DNA of 46,827 nt from Stramenopiles sp. TOSAG23-2 (lineage: Eukaryota), in contig LT649277.1 of NCBI GenBank assembly GCA_900128395.1, forward strand, positions 1 to 46,827, read 5' to 3'. The notes below the pieces were generated by a model. It was not told where the DNA came from. It did no database searches and saw only the letters and a program-made list of their open reading frames with translations. Numbering within the stretch: the stretch's first letter is position 1; each line of letters begins with the position of its first letter. The position numbers were made by a program, and so were the translations under genes. Below are positions 9,072 to 20,292 of this stretch, one piece after another.

Positions 9072-10160
9072 ATGAATAATAATATCAATACAAATGTAAA
9101 TATAAATAATCACTTTAACAACAAGAACAAGAACAAAAAACAAACCCCTTCATCATCGACCAACATTGATCATCATGTATGGGATCAAGTGACATCAAAA
9201 TTTGTAGCAACAATTAAACGTTTAGAAGATAAAATTGAAATTGATCGTAAAAATTTATTAAGTTATAAAAAAGAACAACAACGACATAATTTAAAATTAA
9301 CAAATAATAATAAAAAATTAAGAGAAGAAAAACAAATGATGGGAGAACAAGCAATGGAATTACAAGATAGAACTAAAATATTACAAAAACGTGTGATAGA
9401 GTTAGAACAGAAAGTCACACGATTAGTTAGTTCAGAACAATTGGCAATAGGTAAATTACAAGTTGCAGAGAAAAAATTAGTAAATTATAATAAAATGGAA
9501 AATTCTGTAAAAGATTTACGTGAAGAATTATTTTATTGGGAACAACATCATACTGAACATTTAAATGCAACATTAAGTGCTGTACTTGAACATAAAGATA
9601 AAATACATAATAATTTATTAAAAAAAGCAACATTAAATGAGGAACAGAAGAAAACAGAGCAAGAACGTTATTTTTTAAATTTAATACGTAGTGATAGTTC
9701 CACAAACAACAATAACAGTAATAATAATAATAATAATGGTAGTAACAGCAATAATATGAATAATAATACAAGTAGTCCATTGCATCATTTATTACATAAT
9801 AATAATAATAATAGTCTGATTACAAATACTAGTCCATTAACAATCATCAATGATAATAAAAATGATAATGATAATAATTCAAACAATGCAAATAAGGCAA
9901 TATTTAAATTTCAAGCTGAATTGGAATATAAAAATGATCGTATTCAATTTTTAGAAAACCAAGTCAAAGAATTAAAGTTATTATTAGATAAAACTCGTAA
10001 AAATGAATCAAAGAAATATGAATTATTGGAACGTAAATATTTATCAGCGAAAGGTATTAATGTTGCATTAGAACGTCAATTAATGTTTCGTAATCAACAA
10101 GTTGAATTAAGAAAAGCAAAATCATCATCATCATCGTCTTCTTCACGGATTACGATGTAG
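9072..10160 (+). CDS. Hypothetical coiled-coil protein with poly-Asn tracts
   Basis: 362-aa ORF with heptad-rich E/K/L segments. Confidence 0.7.
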   Translation: MNNNINTNVNINNHFNNKNKNKKQTPSSSTNIDHHVWDQVTSKFVATIKRLEDKIEIDRKNLLSYKKEQQRHNLKLTNNNKKLREEKQMMGEQAMELQDRTKILQKRVIELEQKVTRLVSSEQLAIGKLQVAEKKLVNYNKMENSVKDLREELFYWEQHHTEHLNATLSAVLEHKDKIHNNLLKKATLNEEQKKTEQERYFLNLIRSDSSTNNNNSNNNNNNGSNSNNMNNNTSSPLHHLLHNNNNNSLITNTSPLTIINDNKNDNDNNSNNANKAIFKFQAELEYKNDRIQFLENQVKELKLLLDKTRKNESKKYELLERKYLSAKGINVALERQLMFRNQQVELRKAKSSSSSSSSRITM

Positions 10161-10602
10161 TAGGTGTTGTATGTCTTTTCTAGAGGGGGTATCATTAGTA
10201 TAAATTTATATGATATCAGAACACATAAAAATAAAACATAAATATCATATCATACGGAGTATGATGTTTTTTTTTGGAAAATCATCCCACACAAGTATAT
10301 CACATCTTGCTCTTTTTTTTTATACACCATTTTATATATTTTTTAACATCCGTACGAACTATTTAAATGCTTTTTTACTTAGCACGGGAAATAAAATTAT
10401 TATAACTTAGATTTTAATCATCAATTATATAATTTAAATGCTTTTTTAAAATTTTTTTTAGATGACAAATATTCGGGGGTACAAAACTCATCAACACACT
10501 GATAAGTCTCTCCTTTTCTCGCTCTCTCTTTCTTTCTCTCTCTCTCTCTCTATATATATATTCATATTTAATGCCGACGCATTTTACGAGAAAAATACAA
10601 AA

Positions 10603-11640
10603 CTAATTATCTTTTTTCTCACCTGCTTTATATAAATCTTCAAAACCTTCTGGATGTTCATATTTTACAGGGAAACGTACTCTTGCTATATCACCATTTG
10701 GCATGACTTGTGTCGATGGTTTTGTTTCAAACCAGATCGCACCAACAGCTAATAATGCACCAACAATTGGCCCAACCCAATAAATCCAATGATGCTTCCA
10801 TATTTCAGTACTATCTGCTACTAATGATGGGCCTAATGCACGTGCTGGATTCATGCATGCACCACTAATACCCGCACCAATTAAATTTGCTACTAATAAG
10901 TAAAATCCATATAACATTGCTCTAAATTCACGCACAAAACCTTTTGGTGGTCGTACCATAAATATGAAACATGCCCATACCATGAAGAATGTTAATATCA
11001 TTTCCATCATTAATGCATGATGCCATTTGCAATGTTGACATAATTCTGGTGCACCTAAATTTGAATTCTCTGCATCTGGCACAGTACTCACTAACATTAA
11101 TGATGCTAACGAGAACCCAAAAAATTGAGCTACCCAAAACATACATGCTTGCGAGAATTGAATCTCACTCATAAGCCACATCGCCATGGTAATCACAGGA
11201 TTAAAATGCCCAACAACATATTGATCACGATTAATTTTTAAATTGTTTACATCAGGGCCTTCGCTACTATGTTCCTCCTCTTTTGAACCAGCGGTGGATG
11301 CATATGGCAATACGCTAAACATCGTGGCAGTTTGTATAAATGCATTAGAAATCGAAATTGCTGCAAGTCTTCCAGGGGTTAAACCTTTATAGGTAAATTG
11401 AAATGTCAACACACCACTTGTAATTACACAACCTTGTGAGATCAAGCCATAAAATACGGAACCTAAAAATTCAGCAAACATGAAACGATGTGACATACGT
11501 GAACTTAAAGGATCGGAATCTTGTGGATCAAACTCCACCCCTTCCGTTGCTATATCCATACGTCGTTTATTTGCACGTTGCAAATATAAATTCAACGGTT
11601 CTCTAGAATTTACTACCTCATCTTCTTCTTTTGTCGACAT
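10603..11640 (-). CDS. Aquaporin / major intrinsic protein
   Basis: AEFLGS in TM1, GHFNPVIT (NPV variant) and GACMNPARALGP, HWIYWVGPIVGA. Confidence 0.93.
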   Translation of the reverse strand: MSTKEEDEVVNSREPLNLYLQRANKRRMDIATEGVEFDPQDSDPLSSRMSHRFMFAEFLGSVFYGLISQGCVITSGVLTFQFTYKGLTPGRLAAISISNAFIQTATMFSVLPYASTAGSKEEEHSSEGPDVNNLKINRDQYVVGHFNPVITMAMWLMSEIQFSQACMFWVAQFFGFSLASLMLVSTVPDAENSNLGAPELCQHCKWHHALMMEMILTFFMVWACFIFMVRPPKGFVREFRAMLYGFYLLVANLIGAGISGACMNPARALGPSLVADSTEIWKHHWIYWVGPIVGALLAVGAIWFETKPSTQVMPNGDIARVRFPVKYEHPEGFEDLYKAGEKKDN

Positions 11641-12214
11641 GTTTTTTTTTTTTTTTTTTTTGTATAATATTTTTACTAATACACTACTATAAAAAAAATG
11701 AAGTCAAAATAATCTTGTATATATTCGGTCAATAATCTTACACACGTATATTTAATCTGATCTATCTATATCTACGTTACAACAAGTAACAAATACTTCT
11801 TTATATGTATATATATAACTAAAACTATCTATGCTATTACTATAGAAAGAAACTATACAATATGATATAACTTTTTGTGTGTGTTTTTTCTATAAGCATC
11901 ATACACACACTCTTGTTATTATTATTAATTATTAATTAAAATATATATATATATGTAATTTTTTTTAATACTGTACTGTGTTATTTTTTGTATAAAAGTT
12001 AAAGTTTAATTTTGATGATTATTTGGATTTTTTTGATGCGATCTTTCGCCGGCAGAAAAAATGGATTTTGACTTAAAAAAAAATCAAGAACAATTTCAGA
12101 ATTTTAATCAATATTTAATAGTGCAATAAAATATTTAAATTTCAGGAAGTTTTATCCATTCTATTAATAATGATTGATTAAACTTTTATTAATACTGAAG
12201 AAAGATATTAAATA

Positions 12215-12531
12215 CTAATTTTGATAAAGTATATCGGATATTATTATTTATATCCCACTCTAAATAGTCAGTTTGGTAAATTAAAACTGTTGAAAAAAAT
12301 CATTGATTAAAGTTACTGACGACTATAGTACTATAGTTTGCTAATTTTGATAAAGTATATCGGATATTATTATTTATATCCCACTCTAAATAGTCAGTTT
12401 GGTAAATTAAAACTGTTGAAAAAAATCATTGATTAAAGTTACTGACGACTATAGTACTATAGTTTGCTAATTTTGATAAAGTATATCGGATATTATTATT
12501 TATATCCCACTCTAAATAGTCAGTTTGGTAA
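12215..12531. repeat. Tandem repeat, about 2.5 identical copies of a 126-bp unit
   Basis: ctaattttgataaagtatatcgg... starts at 12215, 12341 and 12467. The unit contains the 16-bp palindrome actatagtactatagt. Confidence 0.95.
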
Positions 12532-13501
12532 CTTAAATGTAGTTAAATCGAGATGATGATAGGAAAAAATGAAGGGTTATATTAGTATAATCTATGGTAC
12601 AGTCCACACACAAAATATCACAATGAAAAATGTGAAAAAATGAAATCGAGTGATAGGAAATAATAAAATATATTAGTATATATTCTAGTATTGTTTACAC
12701 ACAAATTGTTTTCCAGCCGCCTGTTTTCGTATTTCTGGATTTCACCAATGCAGGAGCTTGGCATATTTTATTTTCATCATCATCATCAAAATCGGTCAAA
12801 AAAAGCAATACTGTGCTGTTATAAACATAAATTAAAACTGCACAGTACATGGGGAAATTTGGCCGGAACCTTATCCCACACGCAGAGCTTATACGAGACT
12901 CGTTTATCCATGAAATCTGGAAATCCAGTAGTGTTGCTAGTACAGTCCGGATAGCACAATATATCAAAAACCAAAAACTTAAACGAAAAACAAACTATCT
13001 TGGCAAACGTGCAAACCGTGCAAAAAACAACAAGGATCAAATAAATTAGGATGTAAATACCATGGTGCTCGCTCATCAATATTGTAAAAATTGCTGCTGT
13101 CGAGAGAGAGGAGATGGGTATTGGACATAGCACATCCAATAAATATCCAATAAATCTCCAATATATGTGTGTGTAAAGCTTAATCGACAAGAATTAGATT
13201 TACATATATCAACTATATCAACGGTTGCAGGTGAAGAAGTAAGGAAAAAAAGTTTATATTTATATATATATATATATATACATAGATATTTCCTTTTACA
13301 TCCTACATTTGCAAAAAATTATTTTATTATTTTAATAATTATCATAATTTATTAAATTAATTAATATATTAATTAAATAATTATAGGCGTTTTATCGTTA
13401 TAATTTAATATTATTTATAATAATATATTTATATAATATAAAGATAACTTTATATACATACATACATATCATATTTCAATAAAAGAAAATATATAATCAA
13501 A

Positions 13502-15150
13502 ATGGGATGCAGATCATTTTGGATTTATGATTCAAAAGAACATTTTGGATGGTTAGTTTGTTATATTTTTAGTGCATTAATTTCAGCATATATATTAGGA
13601 GTAGTATGTTAATAATTAAAATGAATATAAATATTCTTCTTTCTCTTTTTATCAATCAACCAACCACTCAAAAATCATATTCAATAAATAATTAAGTAAC
13701 TAACAATATACCACCTATTCACACCCACACACACACGCACACACACATATACATACAACAACAGTATGGAGTTGCTATATTACAAATTGCAAAAGAGACT
13801 GCAGATAGTGATGGAAACTTACAAAGTTTTTTCGGTATTAGATGGACAAATGTAATTACCTTGCCGGGTTCCATAGGTTCGTTTGCTATGTTATTAGTTG
13901 GGCCATTATTTGGTTCATTAGCTGATTATACATCGTATCGAAAATTATTTGGTGCAATGGCAATGATCATAACTCTTTTATGTACTTTTTCAAATGTTTT
14001 TATTTCCGAGGCAACCGTAGGATTGATATTAGCATGTGCCATGATACAAGTCGTTGCATATTTATGTGTATACACTATGTATAGAGCAGCATATTTACCG
14101 GAACTTGCTGCTGGTGAAGAAGAGGTAACAAAATTAAGTGCAAAAGGATATGTCATTTTATTTATTTCACAAATGTTTTTCATTGGATTATTAATTACAT
14201 CTGCAAATATTATTGGTGGAACGAATATATTTTTATATATGCAAAGCGCAGCAGCAATTACCGTGATTCTTGGCATCATTTTAGCAGTTATTGTTATTAA
14301 AAATATGGGTTATCGTTTAGCTTCCTCTAAATTACAAGCTGGTCAAAATTTATTTACGGTAGGTTTTATTTCCATATATGAATCATTTAAAGATATGGCA
14401 GTCAATTATGTACAATTGCGTAAATTCATGTTGTTTACAGCGTTTACAAATCCAGCCTTCAATGCTGCACCCGGTTTAGCAGTTACAATAATGACTGCAA
14501 TGGGCCTAACAAGCAATCAAGTATCACTTGCTATTGTTTTAGTCGTATTAGTAGCGATTCTTGGACCACTTCTTGTAACATTTTTACAACGAAAATATAA
14601 AGTATCCATACAGAAATTGATGCTAGGCGTAGTAACGTTTTATATGATTTCAATTATACTTTTCCCGTTAATAGCTTCGATTAGTTATCCATTTGTCATC
14701 ATAGCCGCATTGAGCATTGGATTAGCACAAGGCATGTGGTTAGCTTCAGGACAAGCATTTTTTGCATCGTTATGCCCTGGTGGAAAAGAAGCAACATTTA
14801 CCGGGGCGTATATGTTTGCAAATAAATTAATGGATTGGATACCCCCATTAGTATTTTCTATATTAAATCAAGCAACGGGCAATTTATTTTTATCATATTA
14901 TTGTTGCATTTTACTTTTCAATATTGCATCAGTGGTGCTTTGTTATGTTATTGATATGGAGAAAGGAAGAGAGGAAATTAAGGACACATTGAAAAATCGT
15001 CGTTTAACGTTGTCAAGTGACGAATTAACGGAAGATGCTCGCGATGTTAACAACAATAATAATGATAATGATGATGCAAATAAAAAAAAACAAGATGAGG
15101 ATAAAACTGAAAATGCAACAGAAAAAACAGATGAAACTACTACTGTATAA
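13502..15150 (+). CDS. MFS transporter, Atg22/UMF1-like; 2 exons (13502-13603, 13765-15150)
   Basis: ATG at 13502. Intron gtatgt...acag at 13604-13764 joins in frame to the 429-aa ORF. About 12 TM segments, GPLFGSLADY..RK and AYLPELA motifs. Confidence 0.85.
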
Positions 15151-15964
15151 AAGAAACGTTCATTTTTACCATGTAATCATGTTATACTGCACATATGAAT
15201 ATTTGTGTATAATCCTCCAAAATGGAATATATTCGTCTCTTTTTATAAAAAAATTACAAAGTTCGGTAAAAAAAATATATAGGGAACAGCAGATAAAACA
15301 CACGCGCTTAATCTGTTTTTTTTCAAAAAATAAAAGTAACACATGATTTTTTACACGTTTACCAAGTGTTCGTCCTCCAATTTAATTTTTTAAACAAAAA
15401 CAAACGTTTTTACACAAAACAAAAAAAACAGAGAGAAATTTAAAAAGAAAAACAAAAGTAAACCAACAACACACAACGCAGAGAGGGATAAAATGCAAAA
15501 TGTACCAATTGGGTGTGGTGTGTGGTGGTATACACACAAGAGAGTGTCGTCTACATACAGTATCTTCATTTGAATTCATTTTTTATAGTACTAGTAAAAA
15601 TTAATAATATCTCTTTTTTTATTTATATGTCCTCTTCTTTCCGCCGTTATACCAAATTATCCGAAAACTACCAGGTACACAGCATTAAATATCTCCTCGG
15701 AGGATTTTCCAATTTATTGACATAAAACACATATAGGCTTAATATATTTCATGTTTCAGTGTACATATTTATAGAACAATATTACAAGTTCGAGGTTGCA
15801 TATTTCACAATTATCCTCGCATATATTGCCCGACCGAGTGGCAGTACATTTATAGTAGCAGACGACCGTGTCAGTTCTCCGTCTATATTGGAGTGTCTTA
15901 AAAAAAAAAAAGAAAATAATTAATATATATTATTACGTAATTTCATAATTACTACAGAAAAAAA

Positions 15965-16524
15965 ATGATGAAAGTGGTACCATCGATGACAAGTGGTAGA
16001 GATAAATTACGTGAAAAACCAAACAAAGATAATACGCCAAGAAGTCCAGGAAAAGCATTAATTAATTCATCATTGCCAAACCGTAATAACAAACACAATG
16101 TAAAACAAGTTCATACGAAGAATATTATTAATAACAATAGTGATACGGATAATGATGATGATATAGAAGTTATAGACTGGTCGATTATCAAGCAATTGTA
16201 CAGTATCAAATTGAATTTGATGATACGCAAGAAGAAATGATAATTGGACCAAAATACTTCTTTACTAATTTTGTTACTGATGTCATGGCAATCTCGAGCA
16301 TTGTTTCGTTGGGCGCAGTTGCGTTAACGTTTGCTTTGAAAATTTTCGGAAAGGATTTCTTGAACGAATGGAAAAACAATGTTGAAAAATTAGAAAAAAT
16401 GCGAGAGACAAAACGGATAGCTGATGTTGTAGAGATTGTACAAGATGGCTTGGACAATCCTATGGTACAAAAAGAGCTACAAAAACGCCGGGGCCATCGT
16501 AAAGTTGATTACTCAGTTCCCTAA
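15965..16524 (+). CDS. Uncertain locus: two overlapping out-of-frame ORFs (frameshifted gene or gene fragments); the distal part has one TM segment
   Basis: ORFs 15965-16240 and 16237-16524. The second frame is open from about 16161 (YRSYRLVDYQAIVQYQIEFDDTQEEMIIGPKYFF...). Confidence 0.35.
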
Positions 16525-17057
16525 ATTATCAAGATCTAGTCATCATATATATATCATATATTGTATTATTGTACTCGTACGTTCGTATTCTTTTTGAAGG
16601 AGCAGGTGCTAGTAAAATTAAAAAATAAATAAAATTAAAATAAGAGAATTCAGTTTAAATTTTACGTCGTACGACGTACTCGAGTACGAACGTATATTTT
16701 TTTTAATTTAATACGCGAGGTAATAGTTTATGATTAATATATTACACTCTCGTAATTTTTTATGTTTTTGTACGATATCGGTATTCGTACTATTAATTAT
16801 TGATAAATATGGTTTTTAAATTAATTTTTATGTCTCATACGAAAAGTATTTTTAATTTACTGAATAAACAATACGAACTTCGTACGAACGTTCGTACTTT
16901 TTTAAAAAAGTGGTATGTACGAAAACGGTATATTACACAAGTGTATAACTTCTCTGTATAATTTTACATTTTTGTAAAACTACGAACCATCTCGTCCCTT
17001 CGCTTGTCGTCCCCCTTCAACGATATCAAAAATACGCAATTTTTCTATTATTAAATA

Positions 17058-19244
17058 TTAAAATTTATAATCTGTTGTCGTACCCATAGCCCATGGAAAT
17101 TTATCTCTTAATGCTCTTGCAAAGACTTTATCGATTGGGCATTCGTTTCTTTTGCACCATGCAACAGTTACTCGTGGATCCATGTAATTGATTTTACTTG
17201 TACCTAATGCAACACTTTTGTTATCATCTTTATTTTTCATCTGTAATTCAAAAGTTTTTAATCTTTGCTCAAGGGTTGCTAATTTTTTACGAACTTGATC
17301 TTCCGATGGCTGTCTCTTGAAACGATGCGATTGTTTAAATTTCTGCATCTTATCCATCTTAGTGGTATCCTTTGCCAATTTCACCTCCTTCCCTTTCCGG
17401 ACACGCCTTACATCGGTTTTTAGTTCTTCAATTTGCTGTTTGTAAATTTCTACTTTTTCCCCCATCTTTTCCATGTTTTCATTAAATGCTTTTGAAACAG
17501 TTTTTTGATGGTTACACAAAATGGCAACTTTGCGATTTGCTTCGTTATATAAAATAACTTTTTGCCCAATTGATTCATTAACAACGTTGTCAGGCAATTC
17601 ATTTTCTAAAGTATTTGACGCATTGTACGTACGGAATACTTTTGCAGAAAGTCCAGGCATCAATTCTTTTAAATGATCGTTCAACTCACCAACAGATAAT
17701 TCATTGAAAATTTCTTTATCATCCTTCTTCCTAGAGCAAAACTTTTTCAAATTGTTAAATACATTAATACCAACATCGCCATAACGTGTCCCTAAATCAA
17801 TTGTTTGTAAATGTCGCATTGAATCTTTCCCTAAAAAATCTAATGTAATCACATACTTTGATTGTCCATCTTTGCCACTGTCATCAAAGTGAAGATGTTC
17901 AACACGCAAGGAACACGTACCAACCGTATCTGCTTCATCCTCATCCTTTTCATTACCTGCACGTAATGCTAAGCGATCAATAACCCACATAGCTGTTGCA
18001 CGTTGCCTTTCGAAAATGGTTGCAGTTTTCTTTTTTAAATTACGTTCATAATCAGCACGTATTTTCACAATATGCTTTTTCAATTTTCGTGCTTTTTCAT
18101 ATTTCGCCAAATCACCTCTACCTTTAAAACTCGATGATGCTGCAAGCCATACATATTTCGTACCGTTCATAACATTTTCATTCCATGTTGCTAACCATGT
18201 AACGTCTTTTTTCTCCACTAATGTACCCCATGAATGTCCTGGTACATGGCATTTGGGCACCATTTCCGTATCCCCGACATTTAAAATAACTTGCTCCGGT
18301 TGGACCCTCGTTTTCAACGTTCCTGTTTTCGGATGTGCACCACGACCACGAAATAAACCAGGAGGTTCAATAGTAAAATTACCAAGTTTTTCAATATGGT
18401 TATCTACAATTGCATATGCATATTTTGCAGATAATTCTAATTTTTGCTGTTTTTCTACTTCTTTTTCCTCTTTTGTACGTGCTTTACGCGCCGCACGACG
18501 TTCATTGACAAGAGTACGAATTGGGCCAAAATCACATTTATTAAAATTTTTAATTGTATGTTTTGAACCAAGATATTTTTTAAAATCGTTGAAAAAGTTC
18601 TTATCAAAGACTTTCTTCGTCTTTGGATCCCCAAGCTGCGGCCCATCCAATGGCATTTCTGCATAGAATGTAGCTACTTCTTCTTGCGCAGGCGTTAGAT
18701 CAACGTCACGGCCATCATATCGCATTTTAACATTGTGTGGCACATATGGTGCAGGAAAGTTCACACCATAATGTTCCATATTACGCCATGCTTGATTGTC
18801 TGGTAATTTTGGTGCCTCCCACCAACGATATGCTTTCATTGCAGTATCCATAATTTGTACATTGCTTAAAGTTTTCACTTTTGGCCCTTTATTAGCAGGT
18901 TTCCTCTTCTTTGCAGCTGGTTTTCTGCTGCTGCTGCCGCTGCTTCCACGACTTTTACTACGTTTCCTCTTTGCCGCTTCTTCCTCTCGACGTTTTCGTT
19001 TTGCTTTTTTATCTTTCTTTTTCTTTTTCTTCTTTTTCTTTCCTTCCTTTTTCACTTTTTGTGGGGAAGTTTTTGCTTTTAATGCAGATAATGGTATATC
19101 ATCATCCGAATCCGATGATTCAAAATCATTTTGGCTGTTTTGTGCTGCTGCAAGACGCTCTCGAGATGATGTAGGTGGTTTTAACAATCTCTCTCTTTTC
19201 TTACCAGGTGGTGGTGGTTCAAAATCATCTTGTGATGCAGACAT
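17058..19244 (-). CDS. TOP1: DNA topoisomerase I (eukaryotic type IB)
   Basis: EPPGLFRGRGAHPKTG, LRAGNEK, DFLGKDS, AKVFRTYNAS, ILCNHQK, catalytic SKINYMDPR. Confidence 0.98.
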   Translation of the reverse strand: MSASQDDFEPPPPGKKRERLLKPPTSSRERLAAAQNSQNDFESSDSDDDIPLSALKAKTSPQKVKKEGKKKKKKKKKDKKAKRKRREEEAAKRKRSKSRGSSGSSSRKPAAKKRKPANKGPKVKTLSNVQIMDTAMKAYRWWEAPKLPDNQAWRNMEHYGVNFPAPYVPHNVKMRYDGRDVDLTPAQEEVATFYAEMPLDGPQLGDPKTKKVFDKNFFNDFKKYLGSKHTIKNFNKCDFGPIRTLVNERRAARKARTKEEKEVEKQQKLELSAKYAYAIVDNHIEKLGNFTIEPPGLFRGRGAHPKTGTLKTRVQPEQVILNVGDTEMVPKCHVPGHSWGTLVEKKDVTWLATWNENVMNGTKYVWLAASSSFKGRGDLAKYEKARKLKKHIVKIRADYERNLKKKTATIFERQRATAMWVIDRLALRAGNEKDEDEADTVGTCSLRVEHLHFDDSGKDGQSKYVITLDFLGKDSMRHLQTIDLGTRYGDVGINVFNNLKKFCSRKKDDKEIFNELSVGELNDHLKELMPGLSAKVFRTYNASNTLENELPDNVVNESIGQKVILYNEANRKVAILCNHQKTVSKAFNENMEKMGEKVEIYKQQIEELKTDVRRVRKGKEVKLAKDTTKMDKMQKFKQSHRFKRQPSEDQVRKKLATLEQRLKTFELQMKNKDDNKSVALGTSKINYMDPRVTVAWCKRNECPIDKVFARALRDKFPWAMGTTTDYKF

Positions 19245-19668
19245 GATATCAATAGATATGGTATTATTTTCGTTAAAAAATGTTGTGTATTATATAAAAA
19301 ATTAAAATTAAAAAAAAAAGAAAATAAAAATTTAAAAAGATAAATAACTATCACTTTTTTTTTTTTTTCTTGTTGTTTTTTTCTCAACACAAAATGTATA
19401 TATATATATATAATTATATATATAGTTTGTTTATTTTGTTGTTTGGAAATAAAATATATATATCTGATTCTTTCGATACATTTATCTACATTACCTTTCT
19501 CTCACATTTTAAAAAATGTAAAAATTCAAATTTTTTTCAATAAAAAGATAAAATCTTTCATTACTCCCATAGTGTGTGCCTGCTAGAATAGCATGGATAT
19601 AGCATCGCTATATTTGTGTGCAGAGAAAAAAAAAATGTTTTAAATATATATATTTGTTTGTTGAAGTA

Positions 19669-19854
19669 TATATATGCACACACACACACACATGACAAAT
19701 ATTTGTATCGGTTTTTACAATTTACTATTATTATTATTATTATTAGTAGCAGCAGCAGCACGTGTTATATATGCACACACACACACACATGACAAATATT
19801 TGTATCGGTTTTTACAATTTACTATTATTATTATTATTATTAGCAGCACGTGTT
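19669..19854. repeat. Tandem duplication of about 97 bp containing (ca)n, (tta)n and (gca)n microsatellites
   Basis: tatatatgcacacacacacacacatgacaaatatttgtatcgg at 19669 and 19766. The copies differ in the microsatellite portion. Confidence 0.9.
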
Positions 19855-20292
19855 TCCTCTTCATATTCCATATATTATTGATATTTTACTTGATGCATAT
19901 AGAAGGTGCCATAAGTCGCATAGCTAGCTAGCCGGGCATAAGGTATTTTCCATCAAAAAAAATAACACTACACACTATTGATATTTTCTCTTGTCAATCA
20001 AAATCCACAGACATACAGGCGCGTTGCAAAAAATGAATTTATATATCGAATAATGAATTAGAAAAAGGTTGAAGGATGCAACGATCATATATACCTACGA
20101 AAAAGAACAGAAGAAATACTTTTTTCATGTAAATTCGATCCTTTATTAGCAGAGATATATAAATAGGTACGTGTGTATTTTTTATAGATAATAAAAGAGG
20201 TGTATAGTATTTGATTTGGATTCCTGACGTGAAGTATAATACCCATATTTGATTTTATGTGATTTTTCTACTTTTGTTCCTTTTAGTATAGT

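Noticed and set aside
15600-15900. Possible ncRNA or Cys-rich micro-ORF on the minus strand
   Set aside because: No recognisable RNA family motif, no start codon and no convincing structure.
18253-19305. + strand ORFs opposite TOP1, and similar short ORFs opposite other genes (e.g. 43371-45584)
   Set aside because: Antisense or alternate-frame shadows of real CDSs and of microsatellite-coded low-complexity tracts.
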